A stretch of DNA of 64,000 nucleotides from Eledone cirrhosa (lineage: Eukaryota), in NCBI GenBank assembly GCA_964016885.1, contig OZ024741.1, positions 368,342,001-368,406,000 on the forward strand. The letters are read 5' to 3'. The stretch's first letter is position 1, and each line of letters starts with the position of its first letter. A model generated the notes under the pieces. It did no database searches. It saw nothing but the letters and a program-made list of their open reading frames with translations, and was not told the DNA's origin. A program made the translations under genes and the position numbers. Shown in pieces: positions 1 through 17,812 of this stretch.

Positions 1-3451
<3,451 letters not shown>

Positions 3452-3488
3452 GTATATATATGTATATATATATATATGTATATATGTA

Positions 3489-3529
<41 letters not shown>

Positions 3530-3531
<2 letters not shown>

Positions 3532-5730
3532 TGATATTGTCGGGGAGAAGTGTGTACTTAACGATGATGGCATACTTGCCATCACCGACACTGATAAGAA
3601 GGCAGCTTGGAAGTGTCACTATGAAAGGCTACTAAATGAGGAGAATAAATGGGAGAAAGACAGTCTCCCCCATGTCGACCCAATAGAGGGACCAGCAGTG
3701 TTAGTCGAGGGGAGTATAATAAGTAAGGCAATCAAGGATATGAAGACAGGTAAGGCGGCTGGGCCTTCGGAAATAGTTGCTGAGATGCTGAAGGCATCTG
3801 GCACGGTGGGACACACCATGGTCACCCGCATAGTTAACCAAGTCGTACAGAATGGGGTTGTTCCGAAGGACTGGCATAGCAGCATCATCGTTAACTGTTA
3901 TAAGGGTAAAGGAGACGCCCTAGATAGGAGTAACTATAGAGGCATTAAATTAATCGACCAGGTCATGAAGGTCACAGAAAAAGTAATAGCGCAACTAATC
4001 AGAGAGAGAATTGACCTAGATGAAATGCAGTTCGGGTTTGTGTCAGGCAAAAGTACCACAGACGCTCTTTTCATAGTACGACAACTACAGGAGAAGTACC
4101 TAGCTAAAGGTAAACCCCTCTACTTAGCTTTTGTCGACTTGGAGAAAGCCTTCGACAGAGTCCCCCGCTCCATTATCTGGTGGGCTCTTAGAAAACTAGG
4201 CGTTGACGAATGGCTTGTGAGGGCTATACAAGCCATGTATAAAGAAACAGTCAGCAAGGTTAGAATTAACAACGAATATAGTGAAGAGTTTAGCGTAAAA
4301 GTTGGCGTCCATCAGGGCTCTGTTCTCAGCCCCCTACTATTTATTATTGCCCTTCAGGCTATAACAGAGGAGTTCAAGACAGGCTGCCCATGGGAACTCC
4401 TATACGCAGACGACCTGACACTCATAGCGGAATCAATGGCCGAGCTAGAGAAGAAATTCCAAACATGGAAGCACGGCCTAGAGTCAAAAGGACTTAAAAT
4501 TAACCTGGCTAAGACCAAAGTTCTAGTTTGTAGGAAAGAAAACAAGGCGGCGGTCCCTTCTGGGAAATGGTCGTGCTCGGTGTGTAGGAAAGGCGTAGGT
4601 AGAAACTCCATTTTGTGTCCTAAATGCAAAGTATGGGTGCATAAAAGATGTAGTGGGATCACAGGTAAGCTAACTAAGAACATAGATTTTACATGTGGCC
4701 GGTGTTCTGGTGCAATAAGTAGCAGCAAGTGCCCACACAATACTAGCTCTTTCAATTGCGCAGAGGGTTCTATAGAAATAGTGGACAGCTTCCGTTACCT
4801 GGGCGATAAAATCAGCAGTGGGGGAGGGTGCTCTGAAAGTACTGTAGCTAGAGTCAGAACTGGTTGGAAAAAGTTCAGAGAGCTTATACCACTATTAGCT
4901 GCTAAAGGGTTCTCCCTAAAAATGAAAGGCAGGTTGTACGATGCCTGCATACGAACAGCAATGTTGCATGGCAGTGAGACCTGGGCATTGTGTGCAGAGG
5001 ATATACGCAGACTAGAGAGGAACGAAGCTTGCATGCTCCGCTGGATGTGTAACAGTAATATACGTGAACGGCAAAGCATAAACGAACTAAGGAAAAAATT
5101 AGAGATAAGAGGGATCAGATGTTGTTTACTCGAGAGAAGGCTACGTTGGTATGGACACGTGATGCGCATGAAAGTCGATAGCTGTATAACAAAGTGCAGG
5201 GCAATAAAGATAGACGGTAGCCACGGAATAGGCAGACCTAGAAAAACCTGGGACGAGCTGATAAACTCCGACCTCACACACTTACACCTCTCCAAGACAA
5301 TGTCACTGGACCGAGACCTTTGGCGGTACTCAGTAACAGAGAAGACCCGCCTTGCCAGTAGGCATCTCTAACAAAATACACCCCGTCCCACCACCACCAC
5401 CCCCACCCCATCCACACCACCCCGTCCTATGTAAAGTTATGTTGGTGCCGCGCCATCCGGGCCGAAACAAATGAGATCGTGTAGGTGTCACGACAAAAAA
5501 ACACACAGTCCACGCTGTAATGTGGCCGTGTAGGCAACACGGTAAAAACCTCCCAGACCCACACTGTAAATGTGGTTGGTGTTAGGAAGGGCATCCAACT
5601 GTAGAAAACCTGCCAGACAGTCCTATGCGAGCAAGACAATCACTCTTGCCTCAAGTGGGACTACCCCCGTCCAAACCCATGCAAGCGTGGAACACGGACG
5701 TTAAACGTTGATGATGATGATGATGATGAT
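3530..5730 (+). mobile_element. RTE LINE family A copy 2 (5'-truncated; RT+PHD open to 5371; 3' UTR; (GAT)n tail)
   Basis: ORF 3266..5371 after its IY-rich leader has RT motifs NYRGIKL, DLEKAFD, QGSVLSP, YADD, FRYLG and the RTE-type C-terminus [10 protein letters not shown]...GRPRKTW; tail GGACGTTAAACGTT(GAT)n followed by (TA)n. Confidence 0.96.
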
Positions 5731-5885
5731 ATATATATATATGTATATATATATGTATATATATATGTATATGTATATATGTATATGTATATATATATGT
5801 ATATATATAATAATAATAATGAAATTATTGTGTAAAGTGCTCAGGTGCACTTATGTATATATATATATATGTATATATATATATG

Positions 5886-5930
<45 letters not shown>

Positions 5931-6047
5931 GTATATGTATATATATATATATGTATATATATATGTATATATATATATGTATATATATATGTATGTATAT
6001 ATTAATGTATGTATATATATATGTATGTATATATATATATATGTATG

Positions 6048-6102
<55 letters not shown>

Positions 6103-6181
6103 GTATATATATATATGTGTATATATATATATGTGTATATATATATATGTATATATATATATATTTGTATATATATATATG

Positions 6182-6270
<89 letters not shown>
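5731..6270. repeat. (TA)n/TATG microsatellite with a short unique spacer, between tail-to-tail LINEs
   Basis: Read directly from the sequence. Confidence 0.95.
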
Positions 6271-6272
<2 letters not shown>

Positions 6273-9200
6273 CATCATCATCATCATCATTTTACGTCCG
6301 CTTTTCCCTGCTTGCAAGGGTGGGACGGCTCTTATTCAGCACAGCATCTCTCCACTCGTCACGATCCCTCGTCATCTCCGCCGTGAGCTTCAATGATCTG
6401 AGGTCTGTTCTCACCACCTCCGCCCATGTTTTTCGTGGTCTACCTCTACCACGTCTTCCTTCAACTGGCATTTCCTGGCACTTCTTCACCCATCGGTCAT
6501 CCTCCATGCGCATCACATGTCCATACCACCTCAGTCTCCTCTCCCGTACACTACATTCTATCCCTCTCAGACACAGTTTCTCTCTCAACACATTTATGCT
6601 GGGTCGTTCAGGCACATTTACACTGCACATCCAACGGAGCATGCTTGCCTCATTTCTCTCCAGCCATCGCATATCCTCTGCGGTTGCTGCCCATGTCTCA
6701 CTACCATGCAGCATCGCGCTCCTCACACAGGCATCATACAACCGGCCTTTCGTACGCAGGGAGAAACCCTTCTTCGTCAACAGAGGAAGCAGCTCCCTAA
6801 ACTTCTTCCAACCCGTCCTTATTCTAGATACTATGGCCTCGGAACACCCTCCTCCCATGCTAATCTGATCTCCTAGGTACCGGAAGCTATCCACCACTTC
6901 TATAGCGCCCTTTCGCATTTGAAAAATGTGTCTATCAGTGCGACTTCTACTGTCTAATTTCCCTGTACATCTACTGCATACATATTTCTCCCTACCTGTT
7001 AGTTTGCCTGCTATCCCGCTACATCTCTTGTGTACCCAGGACCCGCATTGTGTGCATTTTATAGAATTTATGCCAGTTCCTTTTCTGCATATCGAACATG
7101 GCCATTTCCCTGACGGAATCAGGGTTTTGTCCTCTTTTCTACTCATCAACACTTTTGTCTTAGCTAGATTTACTCTCAGTCCTCTTGCTTCCAACTGCTG
7201 TTTCCATAGCCGGAATTTATTCTCTAGCTCCTCTACTGATTCTGCTATAAGAGCCAGATCGTCAGCATAGAGAAGTTCCCATGGACAGCCAGTCTTAAAC
7301 TCCTCTGTTATGGCTTGGAGGACTATAATGAACAAGAGCGGGCTGAGGACCGAACCCTGATGTACTCCTACTTGTATCTGGAATTCCTCACTAAACTCCA
7401 TTCCTACCCTGACTTTACTGAGAGTACCTCTGTACAAAGTTTGCACTGTCCTCACAAGCCATTCCTCAACACCTAGCTTCCTTAGGGACCACCAGATGAC
7501 AGATCGGGGTACCCTATCAAAGGCCTTCTCTAGGTCAACAAAGGCTAAGTATAGTGGCTTATTCTTCTCTAAGAACCTCTCTTGCATTTGTCTCACCAAG
7601 AAGAGGGCATCTGTTGTACTCTTCCCAGGCACAAAACCAAACTGCATCTCATCTAGTTTGACCCTTTCTCTAATTAGTTGTGCTAAAATCCTTTCTGCCA
7701 CTTTCATAACCTGATCTATCAGTTTTATACCCCTATAATTGCTCCTCTCCAAAGCATCCCCTTTACCTTTGTAGCAATTTATGAGAATACTGCTGCACCA
7801 GTCTTTGGGTATGACACCACCATATATAGCCTGATTGATGATGCGTGCAACCAGTTTAGTGCCTACGTCCCCTGATACCTTCAGCATCTCAGCAACTATT
7901 CCCGATGGTCCGGCCGCCTTACCATTTTTCATTTCCCTAATCGCCTCTTGGACTCTATATTCGTCAATCTCAATAGCTGGTCCCTCTGTCGGATCTACCA
8001 AGGGTAATTTCTCTCTCTCCCATTCGTTCTCCACATTCATCAGTCTCTCATAATGACATTTCCAGGCCTCCTTTTTCTGGTCATTCGTGACACTAAGTAC
8101 ACCGGCATCATCCCGGACACATTTATCTCCAACAACATCCCGATTTGCATTGACACACTGCCTTGCAATGTGGAACACCGCACGCCTCTGATCTTCCCGT
8201 CGAAGAACATTGGCAAACCTCCTACTCTCAACCTCCCTGCGTGCTAAGTACACCTGACGTCTAGCTTCTCTCTTAGTGGCTGTATATTCTTCCCTACTCC
8301 CACCCTTTTTCCAAGCCTTCCATGCTAGTCTTTTGTCTCTAATAGCCTTATCTACTGTGCTGTTCCACCACAAGGTCACTCTCTGTCTGGTTGGAGCTCT
8401 GCTCCAGCCACAGGTTTCATCAGTAGCCTGCAGCAAGTTGTCACGTAAGAACTTCCAGTTATTATCTATGTCATACGTCTCTAAATCGTCTTCTTTTTCG
8501 TCATATACATCTTGAAGGGCTTTCCTAAATTTGTATTTTAGTGAAAGGTCTTTTAGCTTCCAGACCTTTCTTCTCCACACCTTCCTATATGTCTCATTCC
8601 ATCTCTTGCTTACTGAGATATCACTAACAACTAACCTATGCTGTGGGGTACATTTTTCCCAAGGGTATGCCTTGGTATTAGACACTATCTGCCTGTCCCG
8701 CTGCCTAACTAGCAGGAAGTCAATCTGGCTTATGTGCTCACCAGATTGGTAGGTTATTAGGTGCTTGGCAGGTTTCTGGAAGTTTGTGTTGCAAATAGTC
8801 AATGTACTCGCATCACAAAATTCAAGAAGTCTCACTCCTTCTTCATTTCTTAAACCGTAACCGTGCCCACCATGTACCCCAGTGTAACCATCCTGGAGCT
8901 GTCCAACATGACCATTGAAGTCTCCTGCTAGCATAACGATGCCTCCGTCCTCTGTCATTGTGGTTGTTTGCAAAAGTTGCTCATAAAAGCAGTCTTTCTC
9001 ATCTTTGCCTAGGCCTGCTTGGGGAGCATAGACCGAGATGATTGTCAGTAGTCTCCTACCTACAACTAATCTAAGCTTAATTATTCGATTACTAACTCGA
9101 ACTACCTCTATTGTCTTATTGATCCATTTCTCAGCCAGCAAAATGCCTACTCCCCCTAACCCATCATCCTTACCTACCCAGAATAGCTTATAGCTAAGAC

Positions 9201-9560
9201 GCTTGCCTACGACTAGTCTCGCAGAGGCACCTCTCCATCTCACCTCTTGCACGCAGCACACATCCACCTGCCTTCTCTCCAGCATCTCCGCTATTTCAGC
9301 AGATCTACCTCTGAGAGTGCCAACATTAAGTGTTGCAACTCTGAGATGCGACGTCTTCATATTTGTTGTTGTTCCTATGCTGTTTTGTTGCTGTACTGAT
9401 AAGCGATTTGGCATTGATACACTGGTTGGATGCCCTTCCTAACACCAGCGCCACTTTACAGCATGGACTGGGTGCTTTTATTTGTGCCACCAGCACTAGA
9501 GAGGATGTCTTACTAGACTCAAGGGCCCTCTCTACCCCTCCATTTTACAGCATGGTCATT
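6271..9560 (-). mobile_element. Apparently full-length RTE LINE, family B copy 1
   Basis: ~146-nt 5' UTR, single 1040-aa ORF, stop codon immediately before the (GAT)n tail (ATC repeats at 6271-6290). Confidence 0.95.
6292..9414 (-). CDS. APE endonuclease / reverse transcriptase polyprotein with an internal PHD finger (RTE clade)
   Basis: EN motifs [38 protein letters not shown]; RT motifs DLEKAFD, QGSVLSP, YADD, FRYLG; C4HC3 zinc finger CSIC...CTQC...WVHKRC...CSRC; uninterrupted frame. Confidence 0.95.
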   Translation of the reverse strand: MPNRLSVQQQNSIGTTTNMKTSHLRVATLNVGTLRGRSAEIAEMLERRQVDVCCVQEVRWRGASARLVVGKRLSYKLFWVGKDDGLGGVGILLAEKWINKTIEVVRVSNRIIKLRLVVGRRLLTIISVYAPQAGLGKDEKDCFYEQLLQTTTMTEDGGIVMLAGDFNGHVGQLQDGYTGVHGGHGYGLRNEEGVRLLEFCDASTLTICNTNFQKPAKHLITYQSGEHISQIDFLLVRQRDRQIVSNTKAYPWEKCTPQHRLVVSDISVSKRWNETYRKVWRRKVWKLKDLSLKYKFRKALQDVYDEKEDDLETYDIDNNWKFLRDNLLQATDETCGWSRAPTRQRVTLWWNSTVDKAIRDKRLAWKAWKKGGSREEYTATKREARRQVYLARREVESRRFANVLRREDQRRAVFHIARQCVNANRDVVGDKCVRDDAGVLSVTNDQKKEAWKCHYERLMNVENEWEREKLPLVDPTEGPAIEIDEYRVQEAIREMKNGKAAGPSGIVAEMLKVSGDVGTKLVARIINQAIYGGVIPKDWCSSILINCYKGKGDALERSNYRGIKLIDQVMKVAERILAQLIRERVKLDEMQFGFVPGKSTTDALFLVRQMQERFLEKNKPLYLAFVDLEKAFDRVPRSVIWWSLRKLGVEEWLVRTVQTLYRGTLSKVRVGMEFSEEFQIQVGVHQGSVLSPLLFIIVLQAITEEFKTGCPWELLYADDLALIAESVEELENKFRLWKQQLEARGLRVNLAKTKVLMSRKEDKTLIPSGKWPCSICRKGTGINSIKCTQCGSWVHKRCSGIAGKLTGREKYVCSRCTGKLDSRSRTDRHIFQMRKGAIEVVDSFRYLGDQISMGGGCSEAIVSRIRTGWKKFRELLPLLTKKGFSLRTKGRLYDACVRSAMLHGSETWAATAEDMRWLERNEASMLRWMCSVNVPERPSINVLREKLCLRGIECSVRERRLRWYGHVMRMEDDRWVKKCQEMPVEGRRGRGRPRKTWAEVVRTDLRSLKLTAEMTRDRDEWRDAVLNKSRPTLASREKRT

Positions 9561-9579
9561 AAAAAAAAAAAAAAAAAAA

Positions 9580-10230
9580 CTTATTGACACGACGCACACA
9601 CAAACACTCACACACCAATACTCATGCATACAAACCACAACCACACATACCAACACTCATTCATGCATACAATCACACACACCACTCACAAACACATATA
9701 TATACATATATTACCGACTACTGATACAAAGTCAAAATCAAAATCATCAAAATCACTATCATGTCAACTGTTGACCTTTCCCAGTCCAGTTCAGTTTGTA
9801 TATAATAATAATAACAATAATAATTGTTTGCTTTACGCTGGTAATGGCGGTGGTGGATGGTGTCAGTGTGGTGGTGGTGGATGGTATCAGCGTGGTGGTG
9901 GTGGATGGTCATTGATGGTGGTGGCAGTTGTTGGTGCTGTAGTTGTTATTGTAGTTGTTATCGTTGTCGTTGTTGCTGTTGTTGTTGTCCTTCATTTCAC
10001 TGCTGCTGTTGCTGCAGACAATGGTGTTGATGCTGTTATTGCTGTCGCATATATACAAATACATACACACACACACATTCAACACAGACGATGGTGTTGT
10101 TGCTGCTGTTGTTGTTGGTGTTGCTGCTGTTGTTGTTGTAGTTGTTGCTGTGTTGAAATCTGGTCGTATCCACTGAGATATACCTATACACACACATACA
10201 CATATGTATATACACATACATACATCAAAA
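9580..10230. repeat. Low-complexity (CA)n, (AAT)n, (GGT)n, (GTT/GCT)n mosaic
   Basis: Read directly from the sequence. Confidence 0.85.
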
Positions 10231-10475
10231 GAGAGTTAGCAGTATGTCAACAGGGGACAGGACAGCGACCTTAGAGTAATGTGGTGATGGTGGGGAGCGA
10301 GTGTAGGTGTTATTGTTATTGTGGTGACGGGGGGTCAGTGAGATGTACAAGTTCATAGATCACTTCTCTCTTTTCCTCTCTCTTCAAAATTTAGAATTTA
10401 TGGCCTTTTGCAATGGCGGACAAGTATATATAATATATATATATGAAGCAAAGAAAAGAAAATTTTCACTGATAT

Positions 10476-10774
10476 GAAAGATTTCCTGGTAGAAGTTCAG
10501 GTGTATTCAGTGATTGGTATCCAGTTTCGGGGTATCCAATTAGAAAATCCAACGAATCTTTAAGAGGGGTCCACGCAAGCATTGATATATATATGTATAT
10601 ATGTAAAATGCAAGCAGAAATAACAACGAAAGATTTCCTGGTAGAAGTTCAGGTGTATTCAGTGTTGGTATCCAGTTTCGAGGTATCCAATTAGAAAATC
10701 CAACGAATTTTTGAGAGGGGTCCACGCAAGCATATATATAGATATATATATATGTAAAATGTAAGCAGAAATAA
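10476..10774. repeat. Two tandem copies of a ~152-bp unit of unknown origin
   Basis: GAAAGATTTCCTGGTAGAAGTTCAGGTG... starts at 10476 and again at 10628. Confidence 0.9.
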
Positions 10775-11003
10775 GAAATAACAACACATATACTAATGAA
10801 CATACATTAAACACAGAGGGACTGTAGATGATAATAGCAATATCTAGATATAAATATATAAATATATAAATGTACATATCTCTAATGGTCTCATAAATTT
10901 TCTCTTTCCTCTTGTGTGTGTGTAGCAACACGTGGTTGTGTGTTGCTGCTGACTCTAGCAGAGCCCAAGAAAAACACGTCTTGCCCTAACAGCCGCTGCT
11001 CCC

Positions 11004-11044
<41 letters not shown>

Positions 11045-11069
11045 GTATATATATGTATATATATATATG

Positions 11070-11128
<59 letters not shown>

Positions 11129-11360
11129 GTATATATATATGTATATGTATGTATATATATATATGTATGTATATATATATATGTATGTATATATATATGT
11201 ATGTATATATATATATATGTATGTATATATGTATATATATGTATATATATATATGTATATATGTACGTATATATATGTATATATATATATGTATATATGT
11301 ATATATATATATATGTATATATATGTATATATGTATATATGTATATATATATATGTATAT

Positions 11361-12643
11361 ATCATCATCATCATCACCGTTTTATGTCCGTTCTTCCACG
11401 CTAGCATGGGTTAGACGGGTTGTCCTGTTGTGGGCAGTGTCTGGTCGGCTGACCATGCCTTGCTCATACAGGAACTGATCTGGCTTGATTTCTACAGCTG
11501 GATGCCCTTCCTAACACCAACCTCATTTACAGTGAGTGCTGGGTGCTTTTTCGTGGCGCCTACACGTCCACTTTACAGTGTGGGCTGGGTGCTTTTTTGC
11601 CGTGGCACCTCCACGACCACCTTGCGGTGGGGGGAGTGGGGGCATATTGTTTATATGCTTCAGCATGTACCCATGGGAGGTCGGGTACCCTGTATTACTG
11701 CGTGACGCCAGAAGTCACGGTCGTGTGTCATTGTCTTTGAGAGGTGTAGTTGGGTAAGGTCGGCTTTTATCACCTCATCCCAAGTCATCTTGGGTCTCCC
11801 CACTCCGCGGTTTCCATCAACTTCTAGTGCTCTGCACCTTTTTATGCAGCTGTCATCCTTCATACGCATCACATGTCCATACCAGTGTAACCGCCTCTCC
11901 TGCACGCAGCATTTGATTCCTCTTATGCTCAGTCTCTCTCTCAATTCCTTTATGCTTTGTCGTTCACGTATATTACTGTTACACATCCATCGGAGCATGC
12001 AGGCTTCGTTTCTCTCTAATCTACGTAAGTCTTCCACCTTCAGCGCCCAGGTCTCACTACCATGCAACATCGCTGTTCGGATACACGCATCATACAGTCT
12101 GCCTTTCATTCTGAGGGAGAAGCCTTTTGCAGCTAGCAGTGGTAGTAGTTCCCTAAACTTCTTCCATCCCGTTCTTACCCTAGTTATTGTACTTTCTGAG
12201 CACCCACCTCCGTTGCTAATTCGGTCACCTAGGTAGCAGAAGCTGTCTACTGTTTCTACAGGACCCTCCCAGAGATTGGTGGTACTTGTTTCCTGTGGCT
12301 GTTTGCTGCTTGCTGTCCCAGCACAGCTGCTGCATGTGAATCCTACATTCTTAATTAAGCTTCCTGAGATCCCGCAACATCTCTTGTGTACCCATTGTTT
12401 GCATTTGGGGCAGAGAATGGAGTTCCTACCTACACCTTTCCTACATACTGAGCAAGGCCATTTCCCTGAGGGGATCTGGGTTCTGTTTTCTCGTCTACTT
12501 ACAAGGACCTTAGTCTTTGTCATGTTGACTTTGAGACCCTTTCTCTCTAGTCCCTGCTTCCAGGTTTGGAATTTATTCTCTAGTTCTACCATAGATTCAG
12601 CTATGAGTGCGAGGTCATCAGCATACAGGAGTTCCCATGGGCA
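11361..12643 (-). mobile_element. RTE LINE family C copy 1 (5'-truncated at [10 protein letters not shown]; PHD, C-terminus, 3' UTR, (GAT)n tail)
   Basis: ORF 11660..12592 is homologous to but distinct from families A and B; it has its own 3' UTR ending GGACATAAAACGGT(GAT)n. Confidence 0.93.
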
Positions 12644-12847
12644 TATATGTATATATATATGTATATATATGTATATATGTATACATATGTATAAATGTAT
12701 ATATATGTATATATGTATATATATATGTATATATATATGTATATATATATATGTATATATATATATGTATATATATATGTATATATATATGTATATATAT
12801 ATATGTATATATATATATATGTATATATATATGTATATATATATATG

Positions 12848-12894
<47 letters not shown>

Positions 12895-13049
12895 GTATAT
12901 ATGTATATATATGTATATATATATGTATATATGTATATATATGTATATATGTATATATATGTATATATGTATATATATATGTATATATATATGTATATAT
13001 ATATATGTATATATGTATATATATATATGTATATATATATGTATATATG

Positions 13050-13084
<35 letters not shown>

Positions 13085-13111
13085 GTATATATATATATGT
13101 ATATATATATG

Positions 13112-13152
<41 letters not shown>

Positions 13153-13158
<6 letters not shown>

Positions 13159-13429
13159 AAGATGAAATCGAAAATGCAACTGGAGTCTTATTTTTTAAAA
13201 AAATATATATATTTATTTGGTTCCTTTACCGGTTTCGCAGTTCTTCTGCTTTTCAAAAGGTGAGTTGAGATGGAGGGTCTGTGGTTTTTCTCACAGAAAA
13301 TAAATAATATATTTATTTTAAAAAAAAAAATAAGACTCCAGTTGCATTGTCGATTTCATCCCTTTTTCTTTATACTTTCACTCGTGTAGGACACCTCGGT
13401 TATTTTTCATTTTGTAAAAAAAACCTCAC

Positions 13430-13433
<4 letters not shown>
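13153..13433. mobile_element. Penelope-type terminal fragment, family P2 (inverted arm plus tail)
   Basis: Same sequence as 20281-20623, 27220-27432, 38790-39376 and 47848-48079; partial fold-back; ends CCTCACTTTCTA before (TA)n. Confidence 0.8.
13223..13260 (-). ncRNA. Minimal type I hammerhead, U3-A8 variant (P2)
   Basis: Minus strand reads CCTT TTGAAAA GCAG aagaa CTGC GAAA CCGG TA AAGG. Confidence 0.8.
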
Positions 13434-14836
<1,403 letters not shown>

Positions 14837-15086
14837 AACATTTTAGATCCGTATCCTTATTAGTATTAGTATATTCCTCATATTCACTATCTTTTGCTTG
14901 ATTTTATTTCTTATTTTTTATTTTTTATTTTTTATTTTTTATTTTTTATTTTTTATTTTTTATCCTTTATTCGTTAATCCTTATCTTGTACATGAACAAT
15001 ACTTTAAATTCCTCCCACCTTATGATATCCCCACATTATATTGTTCTGTTTTGGATTTGTTAATGCTTCTATACTCTGTATCTACT

Positions 15087-15144
15087 CTTTAAGCTCTGAA
15101 GAGTCCCACTTTTAGTGTGGACGAAACATTGTCAGCAATTAAAG
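15087..15144 (+). ncRNA. Minimal type I hammerhead in the 5' pLTR
   Basis: CTTTAA-GCT CTGAAGA GTCC-CAC tttta GTG-T-GGAC GAAA C att G TC AGC aa TTAAAG; predicted cleavage after GTC at 15133. Confidence 0.9.
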
Positions 15145-15346
15145 ATATACCTATGTTCTAAGCGCTCTTTGTTGTTAATTGTATTACGGCTCTGTCTTCA
15201 GACATTGAGCTAACCATATACTGCCTATCTGATAAGTTGAGTGTTACACACTCTCAATTTTCTCCTTTAAATATTATACGGCTCCCACTGGTTGAGCTTC
15301 AACTTTGATATACGCGAGTTGATATTCTTGTATATCATCAGGCAGT

Positions 15347-16978
15347 ATGCTAACAAAGACATACCTACCCATTTCTTTGAAGAATATTCCCACCCCTTCT
15401 AAAATTTCATATGAGAAATTACTTATAACTAGCATAAATTCCTTTGTAAAATGTGTTCGGTGGCGTGCGTTCCATTTTGATACGAAGTATGATAACCCTA
15501 ATGATAAGTGTAGTTTTAATCATTATGGTTTTAAGACATATAGGAGCCCCCCACACAATAGCCTATTGGATAATTTCGAAAGTGAGCTGTTATCCCTTGT
15601 TAGGAATATTAGGTATAAAAAATCTAGATGTACCAATAAGTTTCAGAGTAAACTCGATTCTATCGTTAAGGACTTTAAAGATAATAAATCTATTCTAGTC
15701 CCTTCTGACAAAACTAAAAACTTGTATAGTATGGATTATAAAACTTATCGTAGTTTCATTTATAATGAACTACATAGGAACTACAAAAAAACAACGCAGA
15801 GTAATTTAGATAATATTAATCTAGCGGGGTATAACATAGTAGTAAAATTAGGTTTGGATAAACACACTCAACCATATTACCCCAAACAGCCTAGATTCAC
15901 CCTTAAGGACCATAAGGAAAACTTTATTAGTAACCCTTCAGTTAGGCTTATCTGCCCCTCTAAGTCTGATCTGGGGATTATAAGTAAGAGAATCTTAGAT
16001 AGCGTAATTCCCTTAGTTAAAGAAAAAACATTCCTTGAGCTATGGGGTAATACTAGTGAAGTCATTAAGTGGTTTTCTACGGATTGTAAGTGTGACTCGC
16101 TTAGGTTTATCCAATTTGATATTGATGCTTATTATACATCTATATCTCCTATCATCCTCAATAAGGCCCTTATCCTAGCCATGCAGAAAGGGAACCTTAC
16201 ACGGCCACAGATAGATATCGTTCTCGCTGCACGTAAGACTATCATTATGTTTGAGGATACTTTATGGACGAGAAAAAACACACCGGATAATTTTGACATT
16301 ACTATGGGGTCAAGTGATTCTGCTCAGGTCACTGACTTAGTTGGGCTCTACCTCCTTACCGAACTACATAGTAACTTCTCCTTCCTTAGGGGTGGGTTGT
16401 ACCGCGATGATGCCCTACTCTCCATAGATGTTAGCAAGTATAATATAGTGAGCATTAGGAAAAAGCTGTATAAATTCTTTAAAACCTTTAATCTGTCCAT
16501 TACTATGGATATAAATGATAGAACTGTCAACTTTCTTGATGTTACATTAGACTTAGGTAACCATACGTACACACCGTACCATAAGCCTAATGAATTGCTG
16601 ACTTATGTGAATACTAACTCTAACCACCCTAAGTCGGTCATCAGTGGTATATTGAAGGGGGTCTCTAACAGAATAAGTTCACTCTCGCATAGCGAAGAGG
16701 CGTTTAACTCGCAGGCTGATTATTATAATGATGCCTTAGCTAAATCCGGATTTAGGGACAAATTACATTATGCCCAGGGAAATAGTAGTCCAAATAGTAG
16801 CTCTACCAGTGTTGTTATAACACATAATATGTCCATTGGTACTAGAGGTAATTCGAGCAGGAGGGTTAGGAATACCAGTAAAATGAACCATCAGGGTACC
16901 AATGGACTAAGTAACAGTAATAGTAAGCCTCATAGCTCCCCGCATAGAATAGTTGAACATAGTAACCTTAGCAATGGA

Positions 16979-17010
<32 letters not shown>

Positions 17011-17812
17011 TAAAAAGAATAGAAGAAGATTGAATACATATTTTAACCCCCCATTTAACTCTGAAGTAGCTACGAATATTCCTAGGGCCTTCTTCTCTAT
17101 GTTGGAAAGGAACTTCCCTCCTGGTAATAAGTACCATTCTATCCTTAATATGAATGTGGTTAAACTTTCGTATTCTACAACCCAAAATCTGGCCTCTCAT
17201 CTAGCCAATACTAATAATAAGAAAATTAAGGAAGGCCTGGACACCTTACGCCTAGGAGAAAGCACTGACGTCGGCAGTGATAGCTTGAATACCCGTAGTC
17301 AGCAAGCTAGTTATCATTTAGATAATAGCATCACCAGAAATTGTAACTGTAGAAGGGCTTCAAGCTGCCCCCTGAATGGTTTCTGCCTTACTAGAAACAT
17401 AGTTTATGCGTGTGATGTGGTAACTACTGCATCCACTAAAACTTATATTGGATCAACTTCCACCTCTTTTAAAACCAGATTCAACTCTCACCAGTGTACA
17501 TTTAGACATAATAAACTTAAGAATTCTACTTCCTTGGCAGCGCAAGTCCACAATTTAAAAAATGCACGAACACAGTACACCCTCACTTGGCGGCAAGTTG
17601 CTAAATCCCATCCCTATACTCCTCATAATAGAGTATGTAACCTTTGCCTTATGGAATCCCACTCTATTATATTCGCCAAGTGCTCCCTGCTTAATAGAAA
17701 GTCAGAAATATTTTCTTCTTGCCCCCACCAGATATTAAGCTCTTTCTTTTATTTTATTTTAAGCCTATTAGCTAACACTTTCAGAATTCTCCAGTTGGGT
17801 AATCTAGTGTAA
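15347..17812 (+). CDS. PLE reverse transcriptase with C-terminal GIY-YIG endonuclease (821 aa)
   Basis: RT motifs PSDKT, VRLICP, QFDIDAYYTSI, FDITMGS, LYRDD, VNFLDV, SNHP; linker CNC-x5-C-x5-C; EN motifs IVY...YIG, FKTRFNSH, CNLCLME, LLNRKSE. Confidence 0.93.

Noticed and set aside
9530-9560. Twister-like TAAAATGGAGGG at the family B 5' end
   Set aside because: The upstream twister elements are absent; better explained as another copy of the CCAT-GCTGTAAA-RTGG module.
10476-10774. Possible hammerhead in the 152-bp repeat (minus-strand CGAAAC and CTGAATA)
   Set aside because: Could not form stems I and III in register, and there is no CUGANGA or UUGANAA core.
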